Positions 54,939 to 64,000 of a stretch of DNA of 64,000 nt are shown here, piece by piece. Both the position numbers and the translations under genes were made by a program. The notes beneath the pieces are model-generated. The model ran no database searches, was not told where the DNA came from, and worked only from the letters and a program-made list of their open reading frames with translations. Each line of letters starts with the position of its first letter. Within the stretch, counting starts at the first letter, position 1. Origin of the DNA: a phage. The stretch lies in sequence record NC_101837.1, one strand, 5' to 3'.

Positions 54939-55353
54939 GGTAAGCCAGCTCCTCTTCCGCAATTTCAAAAAACTCAGTCCAGCACTGTGGCATATTGGAG
55001 TTACCGAAGTGGCTTTCATAGTAAAGGTTCTTACCGCTAGGAAGGTAGAAATCTGTTACCTCATAAAATCCACAATCGTCGCACTCACCTTCTTCAAACT
55101 TGGCCTTAACCTTAATACCGAGGAAGGTGAAAAGTTTATGGACATCTTCAGTTTCGAACTCCCAGGGAATGTTGTTTTCCGCATCGGTGTAGAACTGGAT
55201 CAGCAGACCATTGTCCAGTTTACCAAAATACTCTGTGAAGTAACTTCCTTCCCAGAAATCTTTATGACAAATAATATCCATGCGTTTGCCCATAATAATG
55301 GTGTGAGCGTTTTGGGCATCGTCACGAATCAGTTTTGGCATTTCATAGATCAT
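54928..55353 (-). CDS. hypothetical protein (141 aa)
   Basis: Tiled ORF. Confidence 0.45.
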   Translation of the reverse strand: MIYEMPKLIRDDAQNAHTIIMGKRMDIICHKDFWEGSYFTEYFGKLDNGLLIQFYTDAENNIPWEFETEDVHKLFTFLGIKVKAKFEEGECDDCGFYEVTDFYLPSGKNLYYESHFGNSNMPQCWTEFFEIAEEELAYRDY

Positions 55354-55421
55354 CTTAGTTCTCCTGGTTCAACAGGTGGTGGCGCTACAGGAAGATCATA
55401 AAACATAGCTATCACAGTCTC

Positions 55422-55619
55422 TTACACAGGAATTGCTTCAAACAGGCCGTTATCTATACCGTCCTTCAGATAGAGATTATATTCTATGTCGGTATCTGTA
55501 TAAAGGGCAGCATCCAGCATTCTATCTGTGAGTCCATCCATTGGGTGGAGAAACCACCACCCACGCCAGTCAAAGTAACAGCCTGGTGCATCTTCTCTTA
55601 CACGGATTCGATAAATCAT
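55422..55619 (-). CDS. hypothetical protein (65 aa)
   Basis: Tiled ORF. Confidence 0.4.
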   Translation of the reverse strand: MIYRIRVREDAPGCYFDWRGWWFLHPMDGLTDRMLDAALYTDTDIEYNLYLKDGIDNGLFEAIPV

Positions 55620-55715
55620 GGGCAGTGGCCTCCTGTTAGTTATACATCCCAGTTTTCTTCGTTCATCGCGTCCTCCCGTTATATGAAGTTATAATTGCAC
55701 ACCTTTCAACCTGTG

Positions 55716-56132
55716 TCAACAGAAAACTTCAACAAATTCTTCCACAGTTTTAATGTCGTGGGAAAAAGGTTTACGGCTATAACGGGCAATAGCACTATCA
55801 ACCACCGCCCGGTACTCTAAATCTTCAGAATATTTCATGAAGCATTGTAGCGTCTCTGGACAGATAGCTAAATAGCTCCACCACCCCTCTTCAGATTGGT
55901 AGTCAAATCCCATACTCTCCAACCATGAAGCATATACGCCTGCACCCTCAAGCCAGTGAGTATTTTCATCCAGAAACTTGTTAATAGACATGTGAGCTTC
56001 TAAGCATTTATCCAGCTCTTTTCCGTTAACCAGCCACGCACTGACCGTGGCGCATCCAAGGTCTACAGATTGAGTTGACAGGTTGTATTGGTCATAGTTC
56101 TCAGGTTTAACAATGATATCTTCTAATGTCAT
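55716..56132 (-). CDS. hypothetical protein (138 aa)
   Basis: Tiled ORF. Confidence 0.45.
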   Translation of the reverse strand: MTLEDIIVKPENYDQYNLSTQSVDLGCATVSAWLVNGKELDKCLEAHMSINKFLDENTHWLEGAGVYASWLESMGFDYQSEEGWWSYLAICPETLQCFMKYSEDLEYRAVVDSAIARYSRKPFSHDIKTVEEFVEVFC

Positions 56133-56194
56133 TTTTCAGATCTCCTTATACAAAAATGCCCCACCCTTTCGGGCAGGGCTATGTTAGTTATGTG

Positions 56195-56773
56195 TTAAAA
56201 GTATTCGTATAAGTATCCATCTGGAGCTGGAATTTTTTCATGAATGTAGTAACCAATATATATTCCGGTTTCTCTGCTACAAGAGTTGTGAGATACCCAT
56301 TCTTTAAGAACGTTACCATTCATGTCCAACCTCCTTACATTTTTGCACCGTCTACCGCTGGTGCTTCTATGTAACAGAATATCCTCTGTCTGCTTGTCTT
56401 TATTTTCTCCCCAAGTCGTTAAACGGATATTATCAAAAGAGTACCCTTTGAAATCATCTATCCTGTCACAAGAAGGCTTTTTCCTTTTGTCGTATCCGCT
56501 GGCTACCCACTGATCATACAACTCTTTGTAACCGTTAAGGTATAGCCACTCCTTAAACTCTTTTTTGGTGTAAGTCGGAGGAGGGTGACCTCTTTGCTTG
56601 CTGTTGCACTTTTGAGCCTTGTACAACACACGTATTACACCTTTTTCTGAAGAGTCTTTAGCAAATTGGTCAGCCTCCCTGCTGGCCTTCTTGCAACACT
56701 CTTTGCACGTTGATTTGTTACTGGTGTAGAAGTCGGAGGCCTCCTTGTCCTCTCCACAACGTTTGCATTTCAT
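56195..56773 (-). CDS. HNH-like homing endonuclease (putative)
   Basis: N-terminal CKRCG...CKEC zinc finger; SCDRIDDFKGYSFDNIRLTTWGEN resembles HNH_3 core. Confidence 0.5.
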   Translation of the reverse strand: MKCKRCGEDKEASDFYTSNKSTCKECCKKASREADQFAKDSSEKGVIRVLYKAQKCNSKQRGHPPPTYTKKEFKEWLYLNGYKELYDQWVASGYDKRKKPSCDRIDDFKGYSFDNIRLTTWGENKDKQTEDILLHRSTSGRRCKNVRRLDMNGNVLKEWVSHNSCSRETGIYIGYYIHEKIPAPDGYLYEYF

Positions 56774-56781
56774 AACTGACC

Positions 56782-58008
56782 TCAGAAAGGGATCGAGTCA
56801 TCGAACTCATACTGCGCCGGATTCTGATCCATCGGGTCATCTTCCTCGTCATTTACAGGAGGAGCGTCTACAGTGTTTTGCTGTGGAGCTGCTTCCTGTT
56901 TGGCAGCTTGAGGTTCTTGATGGTCAGTGGACCCAGCACCGTTCTTGATCCAATCGTACAACGGCTCAGCCAGATTAGTCAAGACATCTTTCGCTTCTGC
57001 AGTAATTGCCACTGCAAAATCATCAACTTTCGTTTTCTTGTCAATACGGCGACAAGCGTTCAACACCGCATTACCGACACTGGCACCTACTTCATCTTCA
57101 GTTCGGTTGGTGGCTTGAGCATACTCTTTCTTAAGCTCAATGGTGACTACGTGCAGTGTTTTAGCCACGCCCAGTGGGTCGTCTACCTTAAACCCGCGAT
57201 CCAGGATGATCTGCAACGCATTGATGCTATGCCCCGTTTCCACACCGATAGGGTCGTAAGAGGATTTACGCTTGCCACCGGAGCCTTGAGTGCCGTTCTC
57301 TGCCTTAGGGGGATAGGCTTTGAAACCACTGATAATGTTTCCGGTGTCTTTGTCAACAATGGCTGCAACACGACCACCTACCACCAGGTCTTTAAGCTGC
57401 TCATCAGTTACAACCATAGCACCTTCGCCAATCTTGTGGTCATTAACAGTAACCACGTTGCCAACAATCTGAGTCACATCGCCATAGATGCGTAAAACGT
57501 CCTGATTGGCATTCTGCTGAGGTTTCTGCTTCTGGCCTTGTGATTGTGCACCTTGTTGCTGTTTTTGCTGCTGAGTCGCTGCTGGAGCCTCTCCTGCACC
57601 CAGCTTGACCATCTTAGCCAGTGAGCCTTTGTAATAGGTCTTACCGTTATGCTCGTTTGCCTTCAAAGGGATATTTACGATCCATCCCGGCGTTACGGTT
57701 TCCCACTTGTCATCAATTTTAACAGAGACAGAGTCTTGATGACCAGGTTTAAGCAGCTTATCACCCATGCTGATCCAGACTTCTTCACCACCTTGAAGCA
57801 GGTTATCAGAGGAATCCAGTTCAGAAATCAGTAAAGAGATGGTGTGGCTGGACTCAATTTTCTTACCTTGCCACACAGTGGTTTTAATACCTGTTGTAGG
57901 ATCAGCACCTTTGATAGGCTTGATGCTGACGCGTTTAATCATGCCGTGAGCCAGTAAAACAGTTTCACGCGGATTCATCGGGTTAGCGAATTGTTGAATA
58001 ACGCTCAT
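56782..58008 (-). CDS. putative ssDNA-binding protein with SSB-type acidic C-terminal tip
   Basis: Gln-rich linker and terminal EFDDSIPF resembling bacterial SSB DDDIPF tail; next to DNA polymerase block. Confidence 0.45.
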   Translation of the reverse strand: MSVIQQFANPMNPRETVLLAHGMIKRVSIKPIKGADPTTGIKTTVWQGKKIESSHTISLLISELDSSDNLLQGGEEVWISMGDKLLKPGHQDSVSVKIDDKWETVTPGWIVNIPLKANEHNGKTYYKGSLAKMVKLGAGEAPAATQQQKQQQGAQSQGQKQKPQQNANQDVLRIYGDVTQIVGNVVTVNDHKIGEGAMVVTDEQLKDLVVGGRVAAIVDKDTGNIISGFKAYPPKAENGTQGSGGKRKSSYDPIGVETGHSINALQIILDRGFKVDDPLGVAKTLHVVTIELKKEYAQATNRTEDEVGASVGNAVLNACRRIDKKTKVDDFAVAITAEAKDVLTNLAEPLYDWIKNGAGSTDHQEPQAAKQEAAPQQNTVDAPPVNDEEDDPMDQNPAQYEFDDSIPF

Positions 58009-58373
58009 TATTTGTCTCCTTGTTCTTCGTTAGTGTTTGCCGTGTGTGCAAACCCTGCTTGAATTAATTTGTCCTGAACTTGAGCCAACAGGCCCATTGC
58101 AAAACTTGTGGTCCCAGAGAGGGCCATCAGCATATCTCGTTGTTGAGCTACCCAACCTAAGGCATAGTCCAAACGACGATATTTTTCTTCTTCACGCAGA
58201 GCCTGAAATAATTGTTCAGCCTCCGGTTGTTGTGTGAGCTCCTGAAGTCTTCCCATGAAAGAAGAAAGCACTAGCAAAAGAGACACTTGATCTTTACTTA
58301 ACCCTAAGAAAAATTCTTGAGGTTGTTCTTGCTCGTTCATCGCAACCGACGCTTGATCGTTCATTTGTTCCAT
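58008..58373 (-). CDS. hypothetical protein (121 aa)
   Basis: ATGA coupling. Confidence 0.45.
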   Translation of the reverse strand: MEQMNDQASVAMNEQEQPQEFFLGLSKDQVSLLLVLSSFMGRLQELTQQPEAEQLFQALREEEKYRRLDYALGWVAQQRDMLMALSGTTSFAMGLLAQVQDKLIQAGFAHTANTNEEQGDK

Positions 58374-58456
58374 TATGGAATCTCCGATTTTATTTGAACA
58401 ACATAGAAGGAGACACTATTTTAGCATCCCCTTCTGCAAATTACAATAGGTATTTG

Positions 58457-58702
58457 TTAGCCAATCACTTCAAAAGTTCCCCAATTCCCGTCCAGCAGGC
58501 AGGTGATCGGATCCCCATCGTCGTCAAAGATTTCAAAGTTTTCAGCATCCAGGATGTGACCCTCGAACACGATACTTTCGTCGCCACCACCAGAAATAAC
58601 AGCGTATTCCTTACCTTGAGTCAAGTTTTGACACCCTTTGCCACCAAAACCTACTTCAACACAACGTACTTTCTGTCCTGCGCGAGCAACTGCTTCAGTC
58701 AT
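58457..58702 (-). CDS. hypothetical protein
   Basis: Tiled ORF. Confidence 0.4.
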   Translation of the reverse strand: MTEAVARAGQKVRCVEVGFGGKGCQNLTQGKEYAVISGGGDESIVFEGHILDAENFEIFDDDGDPITCLLDGNWGTFEVIG

Positions 58703-58719
58703 CTTAAGGTCTCCTGATA

Positions 58720-59040
58720 TTAATCGTCAAGTTCAAAATAGATTTTAACAGCTTCATCAAAGATTGGAATCCCGATGTTGTTGATAAGCTGCCAAACTAC
58801 CATATCTTTACCCGGATCTGGGAGAATGTCAACCTTTCTCCATGCGCTGTATATCCAGTTCGGACCACCTTCTGCACTAACTGGCAGATTTTCACCAGCC
58901 TCCTGCAGATACTTATACAGCAAAAGATATTCTGGATACTCTAGAACACTGTCCTCTGTAGTATATAGCAGTTCACGGTATACTTTTAAGAACCCTGCTG
59001 GGGTAATGTTTTCAGTCTTCATTTGCCGCTTCTCCTGCAT
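58720..59040 (-). CDS. hypothetical protein
   Basis: Tiled ORF. Confidence 0.4.
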   Translation of the reverse strand: MQEKRQMKTENITPAGFLKVYRELLYTTEDSVLEYPEYLLLYKYLQEAGENLPVSAEGGPNWIYSAWRKVDILPDPGKDMVVWQLINNIGIPIFDEAVKIYFELDD

Positions 59041-59404
59041 TCATCAGGTCTGCCATAGCGTCACCTACGAAGAGAACAACCACATCGTTGACAGCGTCAG
59101 CATCATCTTTGTTGACGTTGCTGAATTTAGGACACACAGCAATGATCATATAGACACCGTTACCAACCTGGACTGTCCGTGTGGTGCACATCATGGCGGT
59201 ATTTGTGCCTTCTTTGAAGGCGAAGCCTTGAAGACGCTCCTCTAAAGTGTTACCGGTAGATTTCAGAAGCGCCAGCTCGTCCAAGGCATAGATGATATCT
59301 CCGGAAGTTAGTGTTGCCTTGCCATCAGACACCATAATAACTCCATCAGCACCGTCAAGCTTAGAGGCTTCAAAGATATCAATATCCCAAATATTTTTCA
59401 TCAC
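59012..59404 (-). CDS. hypothetical protein
   Basis: Tiled ORF. Confidence 0.4.
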   Translation of the reverse strand: MMKNIWDIDIFEASKLDGADGVIMVSDGKATLTSGDIIYALDELALLKSTGNTLEERLQGFAFKEGTNTAMMCTTRTVQVGNGVYMIIAVCPKFSNVNKDDADAVNDVVVLFVGDAMADLMNAGEAANED

Positions 59405-59721
59405 GCTTCCTCTTCGTCTAAGGAGTTGAAGATTTCACCGAAGTATTCTAAGACTTCTAGCTCCCGTGTGGTGCAGAAAACACAGTCACCGTTGTCATCC
59501 TCGATAACTGCCTCTTTACCCAGCACATCTACTTCAAGTTTATCGTTCAACAGGACAGCTCCTGTGTAAACTTTGTCGGCTGTGCAGTCCCGAAAAGCAG
59601 AGTCCTTCTCCAGATAGTCTGGCTTAACCTTGGCTTTAATTCGTTGATATTGTTTGGTCATTGCTGTGGTCCCCTTTCGTTTTGATAGGGCCATTATATT
59701 AGGCCCCATCGCTATTGTCAA
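59401..59721 (-). CDS. hypothetical protein, paralog of 59725..59979
   Basis: Shares KP(D/E)..E.D.AF(R/K)DCT and D.V.CT motifs with neighbour. Confidence 0.45.
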   Translation of the reverse strand: MTIAMGPNIMALSKRKGTTAMTKQYQRIKAKVKPDYLEKDSAFRDCTADKVYTGAVLLNDKLEVDVLGKEAVIEDDNGDCVFCTTRELEVLEYFGEIFNSLDEEEA

Positions 59722-59724
59722 GTA

Positions 59725-59979
59725 TTAATGCTCAGGTTTTACAAAAACCACTTCATTAACAGTGCACCAGACAGAGTCTCCTTCATCATCTTTAAAGGTA
59801 AGGCACTGTGCTGAGTTTTCCAGCTCATCAATCTCTTCTTGTGATAAAGGAGCCCCTTCTTCCAGAAGGGCTTTTACCAGAGGGTTCTCACAAAACTCCG
59901 CTTCATAAATTGCACCGATTGTGCAATCTTTAAAAGCTCGGTCATTTTCAACGCATTCTGGCTTCAAAGTAATTTTCAT
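59725..59979 (-). CDS. hypothetical protein, paralog of 59401..59721
   Basis: Tandem duplicate. Confidence 0.45.
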   Translation of the reverse strand: MKITLKPECVENDRAFKDCTIGAIYEAEFCENPLVKALLEEGAPLSQEEIDELENSAQCLTFKDDEGDSVWCTVNEVVFVKPEH

Positions 59980-60055
59980 CTTAGCGGTTTCCTTAGTTAT
60001 TTAAAAATCAACGCTCTGTTTGTGTGAAGCATCTTATATCTAATCTTACTTCTTG

Positions 60056-60454
60056 TCAATGACTATTTTCAATCAGCCACACAGGGTCGAGGTAAATTTG
60101 TTGGCGTGTTGCCCAATGACAAACTTCATTGTACATCTGAACCTCTTTGTCTGTCAATTCACGAATAGGCTCATCTATACCCTCATTTTTGTGGTAATCC
60201 CAGTCGGCATCGATTTCCCACAGCCATGACTTGTTGTCACCACGCTTACGCACACAGAAGTCACCAGGACGGCCTGCCAGTGCATTTAAGAACTCGTTCT
60301 CTGCTCGCTCCTGAAGAATGCTAAGGAGCAAAACGTTGGAGCATGACCGTAAAATATGCTTCAGCTCGCAGTCATCAATCTCAACTTCAATACGTTGTTT
60401 GACTGTGTGGGTACCTTTTACTAACATTCTATCTCCTCTATACAAACTCTGCAA
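60056..60454 (-). CDS. hypothetical protein (132 aa)
   Basis: Tiled ORF. Confidence 0.45.
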   Translation of the reverse strand: MQSLYRGDRMLVKGTHTVKQRIEVEIDDCELKHILRSCSNVLLLSILQERAENEFLNALAGRPGDFCVRKRGDNKSWLWEIDADWDYHKNEGIDEPIRELTDKEVQMYNEVCHWATRQQIYLDPVWLIENSH

Positions 60455-60632
60455 GTGTTGTGTTGTTCACTGCACCGCAGTAAATGGAGTATCCCAGCCC
60501 ATTAGGGTGCAGAAACCACGGCGTGCCGAAATTATCTTTCACGTAGACATCGCCGTTGCTTGTAAAGGGCCAATATTCTTCACCAAGGGTGAAATACCTG
60601 CTCATACCCTCAGCCAGATACTTTACTTTCAT
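60438..60632 (-). CDS. hypothetical protein
   Basis: Tiled ORF. Confidence 0.4.
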   Translation of the reverse strand: MKVKYLAEGMSRYFTLGEEYWPFTSNGDVYVKDNFGTPWFLHPNGLGYSIYCGAVNNTTLAEFV

Positions 60633-60856
60633 AGGTCCTCTTCAACAGCTACAAACTTGGCAAGCAGGGTGGTTCCGTAGATATGATACTCACCGTTTGC
60701 CAGATGGGAGATAAACCAGGCAATCCCTTCCTCGTCTTTAATCATCTTGTTTGCACGAGCTTTATCGTAATAAACCTCGTAGGTCTTTCCTTCTTTAAAG
60801 AATGACAGGTCTGTCATCTTTTCTTCTACAAAAGTAGCTTTAACCAAAGTTGTCAT
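60629..60856 (-). CDS. hypothetical protein
   Basis: ATGA coupling. Confidence 0.4.
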   Translation of the reverse strand: MTTLVKATFVEEKMTDLSFFKEGKTYEVYYDKARANKMIKDEEGIAWFISHLANGEYHIYGTTLLAKFVAVEEDL

Positions 60857-61227
60857 TGATCGGTCTCCTTCTTGTTAAGTCTGAATACTGCAATAATAGC
60901 ATTCCCAAGGTGCAGTGTCAAATCATTTCCAAGATACCACAGCATTCCACGGTCATCTTTGATGAAAGGGTAGCAATCTGGTGCCTTCCAGACATTGTAC
61001 ACTTTCCCAACCTGAAAGAAATCAGGCCCTGTTGGGATTTTAGTGCCTGGCCACACTTGAGATACCTGAACACACTCCACCTGCATAATAACAGGGATAG
61101 TCATGGATGTAAATGTTTTTGTTGGTTCTACTACCATAAAAGTCTCCTCTTTGCTCAACAACACTTCCATGTGTTGATAGTTTACATTAGTGACAATCAC
61201 CCCAATTACGACCACACAGGTATTCAC
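60853..61227 (-). CDS. hypothetical protein
   Basis: Tiled ORF immediately downstream of polymerase. Confidence 0.4.
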   Translation of the reverse strand: MNTCVVVIGVIVTNVNYQHMEVLLSKEETFMVVEPTKTFTSMTIPVIMQVECVQVSQVWPGTKIPTGPDFFQVGKVYNVWKAPDCYPFIKDDRGMLWYLGNDLTLHLGNAIIAVFRLNKKETDQ

Positions 61228-63964
61228 CTGTGATCTGGAACGGGACGCCCATCATTTTAGAAGCTTGCCAGAAGCAATGCACCACCATTTCACCCACAGG
61301 GCTCCAGATAAGTTCAAGCTTTCCGTCATCGTTCAGGATAGGATCGTACACCGTGTTTCCGTCTCTGTCAACCACTTCGTTTCCGTCCTCATCCTTGCGT
61401 GCCTTTTTGTACTTATGACCGTCGAACACATGAAGTTTGGCCTCCTGCTCTGCCTTAAATGCTTCCAGTTCTTCGATTGTGTCGAAGGTGTACACAGTCT
61501 TATACTTCGGTGTGTCAGGGACTTGAAGCTGATATTCGTCATGGTAATAGATAATACGACGAACACCTTCATCGTACCACCCACGCTTCACCATTTGATG
61601 GTGCATGAGTATCCCAACTAAGTCACACAACGATGCGCCGCCATTTTGTTGGTATGCATTAAGTAAAGAGTGTTTAGATCGGGTCCAGATAGCATGACCA
61701 TCAAAAGAGTAGATAAACTTCTTACCCGTTGCTTCCCAGAATTTCTCCAGATCTTCTTTACGCCCCTTAAGACCAGGGTTGGCATCCCAGAGTGCATCGA
61801 TTACCCTTTGTCCCAACTCTGGAGAGATGTCCAGCATATCTGCAACTTTATCTTTTTGTGCCCCATACATAACCCCATACGTGATAGGTTTACCGTCGTT
61901 ACGAGACACCTCTCTACCTGCTACTTTTGTATATGCCTCAGCATTGTTTTGGTGTGCGTCCCCGTTACTTACAACATCGTAATACAGGCCGTTGTCGAAC
62001 TCAAAGGCACCCCAAGCCCCGATAAGCTGCTCTAAGTTGGACCCGTCAATACCGATCTCAAAGTATCCTGGAGGAACACCCCACAGACTACGCATCTCTT
62101 TACCCATAACCACTTTAGGAGATGGTTTAGGCATGTTTGCACAAATACTGTGTTTCTGTCGGGAAGTGTTTGTTAATCCAGAACTTTTAGCAGGAAGCTT
62201 ATGGTCAATCTTCAAACGTGGGTGATTAAGAAGACCAGTATCAACCTTATCCTCCTTGATTGGATCAAGGACCGATCTGCGGTTTCGCAATGATAACCAC
62301 AAGACGATATCTTTAGCCATCTCTCCGTTCAATTTTTCAAGATTCGGGCATAGGTGTCCAAACGTATCTTTCAGTTGCGGAGAAGTAATAAGTGCCCTAG
62401 CTTTTCTACGTATTTTCCCGAATACTTCCTTTTTAATCCTTTCGGAGTTAGGAAAGCTTCGGAACTTGTGCACGGTTGTCTGGAACTTAGCATCAGTTTT
62501 GTTCCAGAAGTTGATAATTAGGTCACAATACTCTGACTCTAAAAGCTCGTCCATATATGCATACACTCGTGCATCAACATCTGCATCAGGTAGAGCTTTC
62601 TTCTTGCTGTCTTTAGTTACATCCTTAGTTCTCCACATTGTCGGAAGCCAACCAGCACTGATCAGGTATCGCTTAATATCGTCCTGATTGCTGATTTTCA
62701 TAGGTATCTTGCAGTCAGGCATTCGCTTCTGCTGTAGATCACTTATTGCCTGATCCATTAGCTCTTTAGGTAAAGGTTGTGGTGTGGAGGTGCCCTTGAT
62801 ATAGCCCCTCAAGAAATCCGCCATCTTGTCAGGGTCTTTACAGCCCATCTCTTCACACCATTTTATCCCCATCTTACTGACATCTCCTGTGGAGGTAAAT
62901 GCTCGCTTAGGAGGAGCTTTGAATTCTAAAGCACTCATGTCCACAGGGTAGCCAAGCTTGTCTTTTAACCATTTCCAACCATTATTGGAGATTGTCCCAT
63001 CCTGGTTAAACGGCTTTTCAGGGAACTTAGGCCGCTGAGACATTGATAACTCTTTTAAAGGAAGTTGTGGTTCAACACGATCAGCGATCTCTTTCATCCA
63101 CGCATCGCAGCGGTCACGTAAAGCAATAGCCCCATCTATGTCGAAATACACACCCTGTCGAGCCTGCAGCTCCATCAGGAAATGCTGCAGCATGCCTCGG
63201 CGTAATGCATTCTTCCAGGTAATCTTCTTGAATCCTTTAGGCTTCTCTTTGGCAGGGTCATACATAAAGTTCTGCATGTCAGATTTGCCGTAGAATACAC
63301 CTTTTGATTCCGCTACCAACTCTTTCCAGAGCAACTCCTGGATGATAACGTCCTCGAACACACGATCCACATATTTCCACAGCGGAAGATCGCGCCAGTC
63401 ATCAATTTGAACTTTCTGGTTACCAAGGGCGTAGCCCCATGCCATAAGGCCGTGAGGACCAACAGGTTGCATTTTCTTAGTAACCGGGTTGAATACAGCG
63501 TCCGGACAACCTTTTGGTAAAGGGCGATCAGGCCACAAGATTCGGCTCATAGCCAACGTATCAAACAGGTTAACCTGGTGGTCGTTGATAGTCCCCATGC
63601 ATTTAGGATCACGGAACATATCAAAATGAATACCGGATAATCTTTCCATTAGCATAAAGTCATAACTGTAGCAGTTATGGCAGTTCAAAGCTGTTGGTGA
63701 CCAGTCAGAATTGCCTGTAAGCCAACCTTCCAACTCCGAAAAATCTGCTATGCGAACTTCAAAATCTTTATAAAGAGTTTTCTTTGCCAGAATGAAGTTC
63801 TTAGCCTTTTCTATATCCTCCTCGGAGTAGTGTGTGCGGTCATTTAGAGGAAGGAACAGCATAAAACGGTTCTTATTCAGCTCTTTAAACAGACCGCAGT
63901 GATAATAAAGATCTGGGTCTTCCAGCAAACCGGATGACTCAAAATCGAAAGACCACATACTCAT
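61187..63964 (-). CDS. family A DNA polymerase with N-terminal 3'-5' exonuclease domain
   Basis: Exo I FDFESSG; motif B KPITYGVMYGAQKDK; motif C YYHDEYQLQV; 925 aa. Confidence 0.85.
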   Translation of the reverse strand: MSMWSFDFESSGLLEDPDLYYHCGLFKELNKNRFMLFLPLNDRTHYSEEDIEKAKNFILAKKTLYKDFEVRIADFSELEGWLTGNSDWSPTALNCHNCYSYDFMLMERLSGIHFDMFRDPKCMGTINDHQVNLFDTLAMSRILWPDRPLPKGCPDAVFNPVTKKMQPVGPHGLMAWGYALGNQKVQIDDWRDLPLWKYVDRVFEDVIIQELLWKELVAESKGVFYGKSDMQNFMYDPAKEKPKGFKKITWKNALRRGMLQHFLMELQARQGVYFDIDGAIALRDRCDAWMKEIADRVEPQLPLKELSMSQRPKFPEKPFNQDGTISNNGWKWLKDKLGYPVDMSALEFKAPPKRAFTSTGDVSKMGIKWCEEMGCKDPDKMADFLRGYIKGTSTPQPLPKELMDQAISDLQQKRMPDCKIPMKISNQDDIKRYLISAGWLPTMWRTKDVTKDSKKKALPDADVDARVYAYMDELLESEYCDLIINFWNKTDAKFQTTVHKFRSFPNSERIKKEVFGKIRRKARALITSPQLKDTFGHLCPNLEKLNGEMAKDIVLWLSLRNRRSVLDPIKEDKVDTGLLNHPRLKIDHKLPAKSSGLTNTSRQKHSICANMPKPSPKVVMGKEMRSLWGVPPGYFEIGIDGSNLEQLIGAWGAFEFDNGLYYDVVSNGDAHQNNAEAYTKVAGREVSRNDGKPITYGVMYGAQKDKVADMLDISPELGQRVIDALWDANPGLKGRKEDLEKFWEATGKKFIYSFDGHAIWTRSKHSLLNAYQQNGGASLCDLVGILMHHQMVKRGWYDEGVRRIIYYHDEYQLQVPDTPKYKTVYTFDTIEELEAFKAEQEAKLHVFDGHKYKKARKDEDGNEVVDRDGNTVYDPILNDDGKLELIWSPVGEMVVHCFWQASKMMGVPFQITGEYLCGRNWGDCH

Positions 63965-64000
63965 ATACAGTTCTCCTTAAAGGGGAGGCGGTTGTACTAC

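Noticed and set aside
53863-62687. Plus-strand ORFs within the leftward block (53863..54321, 55009..55401, 56878..57495, 58775..59245, 61190..61621, 61670..62035, 62256..62687)
   Set aside because: Antisense to tiled minus-strand genes (including DNA polymerase and the SSB-like gene); no promoters or RBSs.
1-64000. Prophage or integrative element features (integrase, att sites, transposase, IS elements)
   Set aside because: No recombinase or transposase-like ORF and no terminal inverted repeats bracketing a transposase; gene content is that of a virulent phage replication/early region.

Overview
This window looks like the early, non-structural region of a virulent tailed phage (T5/T4-like gene content); no capsid, tail, terminase or integrase genes are present. 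Genes form two convergent blocks: a rightward block (about 403-39133, + strand) and a leftward block (about 41617-63964, - strand) that meet at a roughly 2.2 kb AT-rich non-coding zone (39150-41370). Recognisable products include class I and class III ribonucleotide reductases (nrdA, nrdB, nrdD, nrdG), glutaredoxin, ThyX, dNMP kinase, a HAD nucleotidase, two ligase-family enzymes, a flap endonuclease, RuvC-like and endonuclease VII-like resolvases, a DEDD exonuclease, two DNA methyltransferases, PhoH, a ClpP-like protease, a lambda R-like endolysin and a family A DNA polymerase. The most notable features are: nrdD split by a putative ORF-less group I intron with a T5orf172 homing-endonuclease-like gene downstream; a CobB-like sirtuin and a distant TARG1/OARD1-type macrodomain; a ribosome hibernation factor homolog; expanded families of small acidic proteins; a 44-bp hairpin element repeated three times with a TTGACA hexamer in its loop; and repeat-rich non-coding regions with Fur-box-like palindromes and iteron-like motifs. 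No tRNA, rRNA or CRISPR array was seen by eye. All calls rest on reading the sequence and the supplied ORF track, with no database search; fine coordinates of promoters, hairpins and repeats may be off by 1-2 bp, and 'hypothetical' calls rest only on ORF tiling and ribosome-binding sites.
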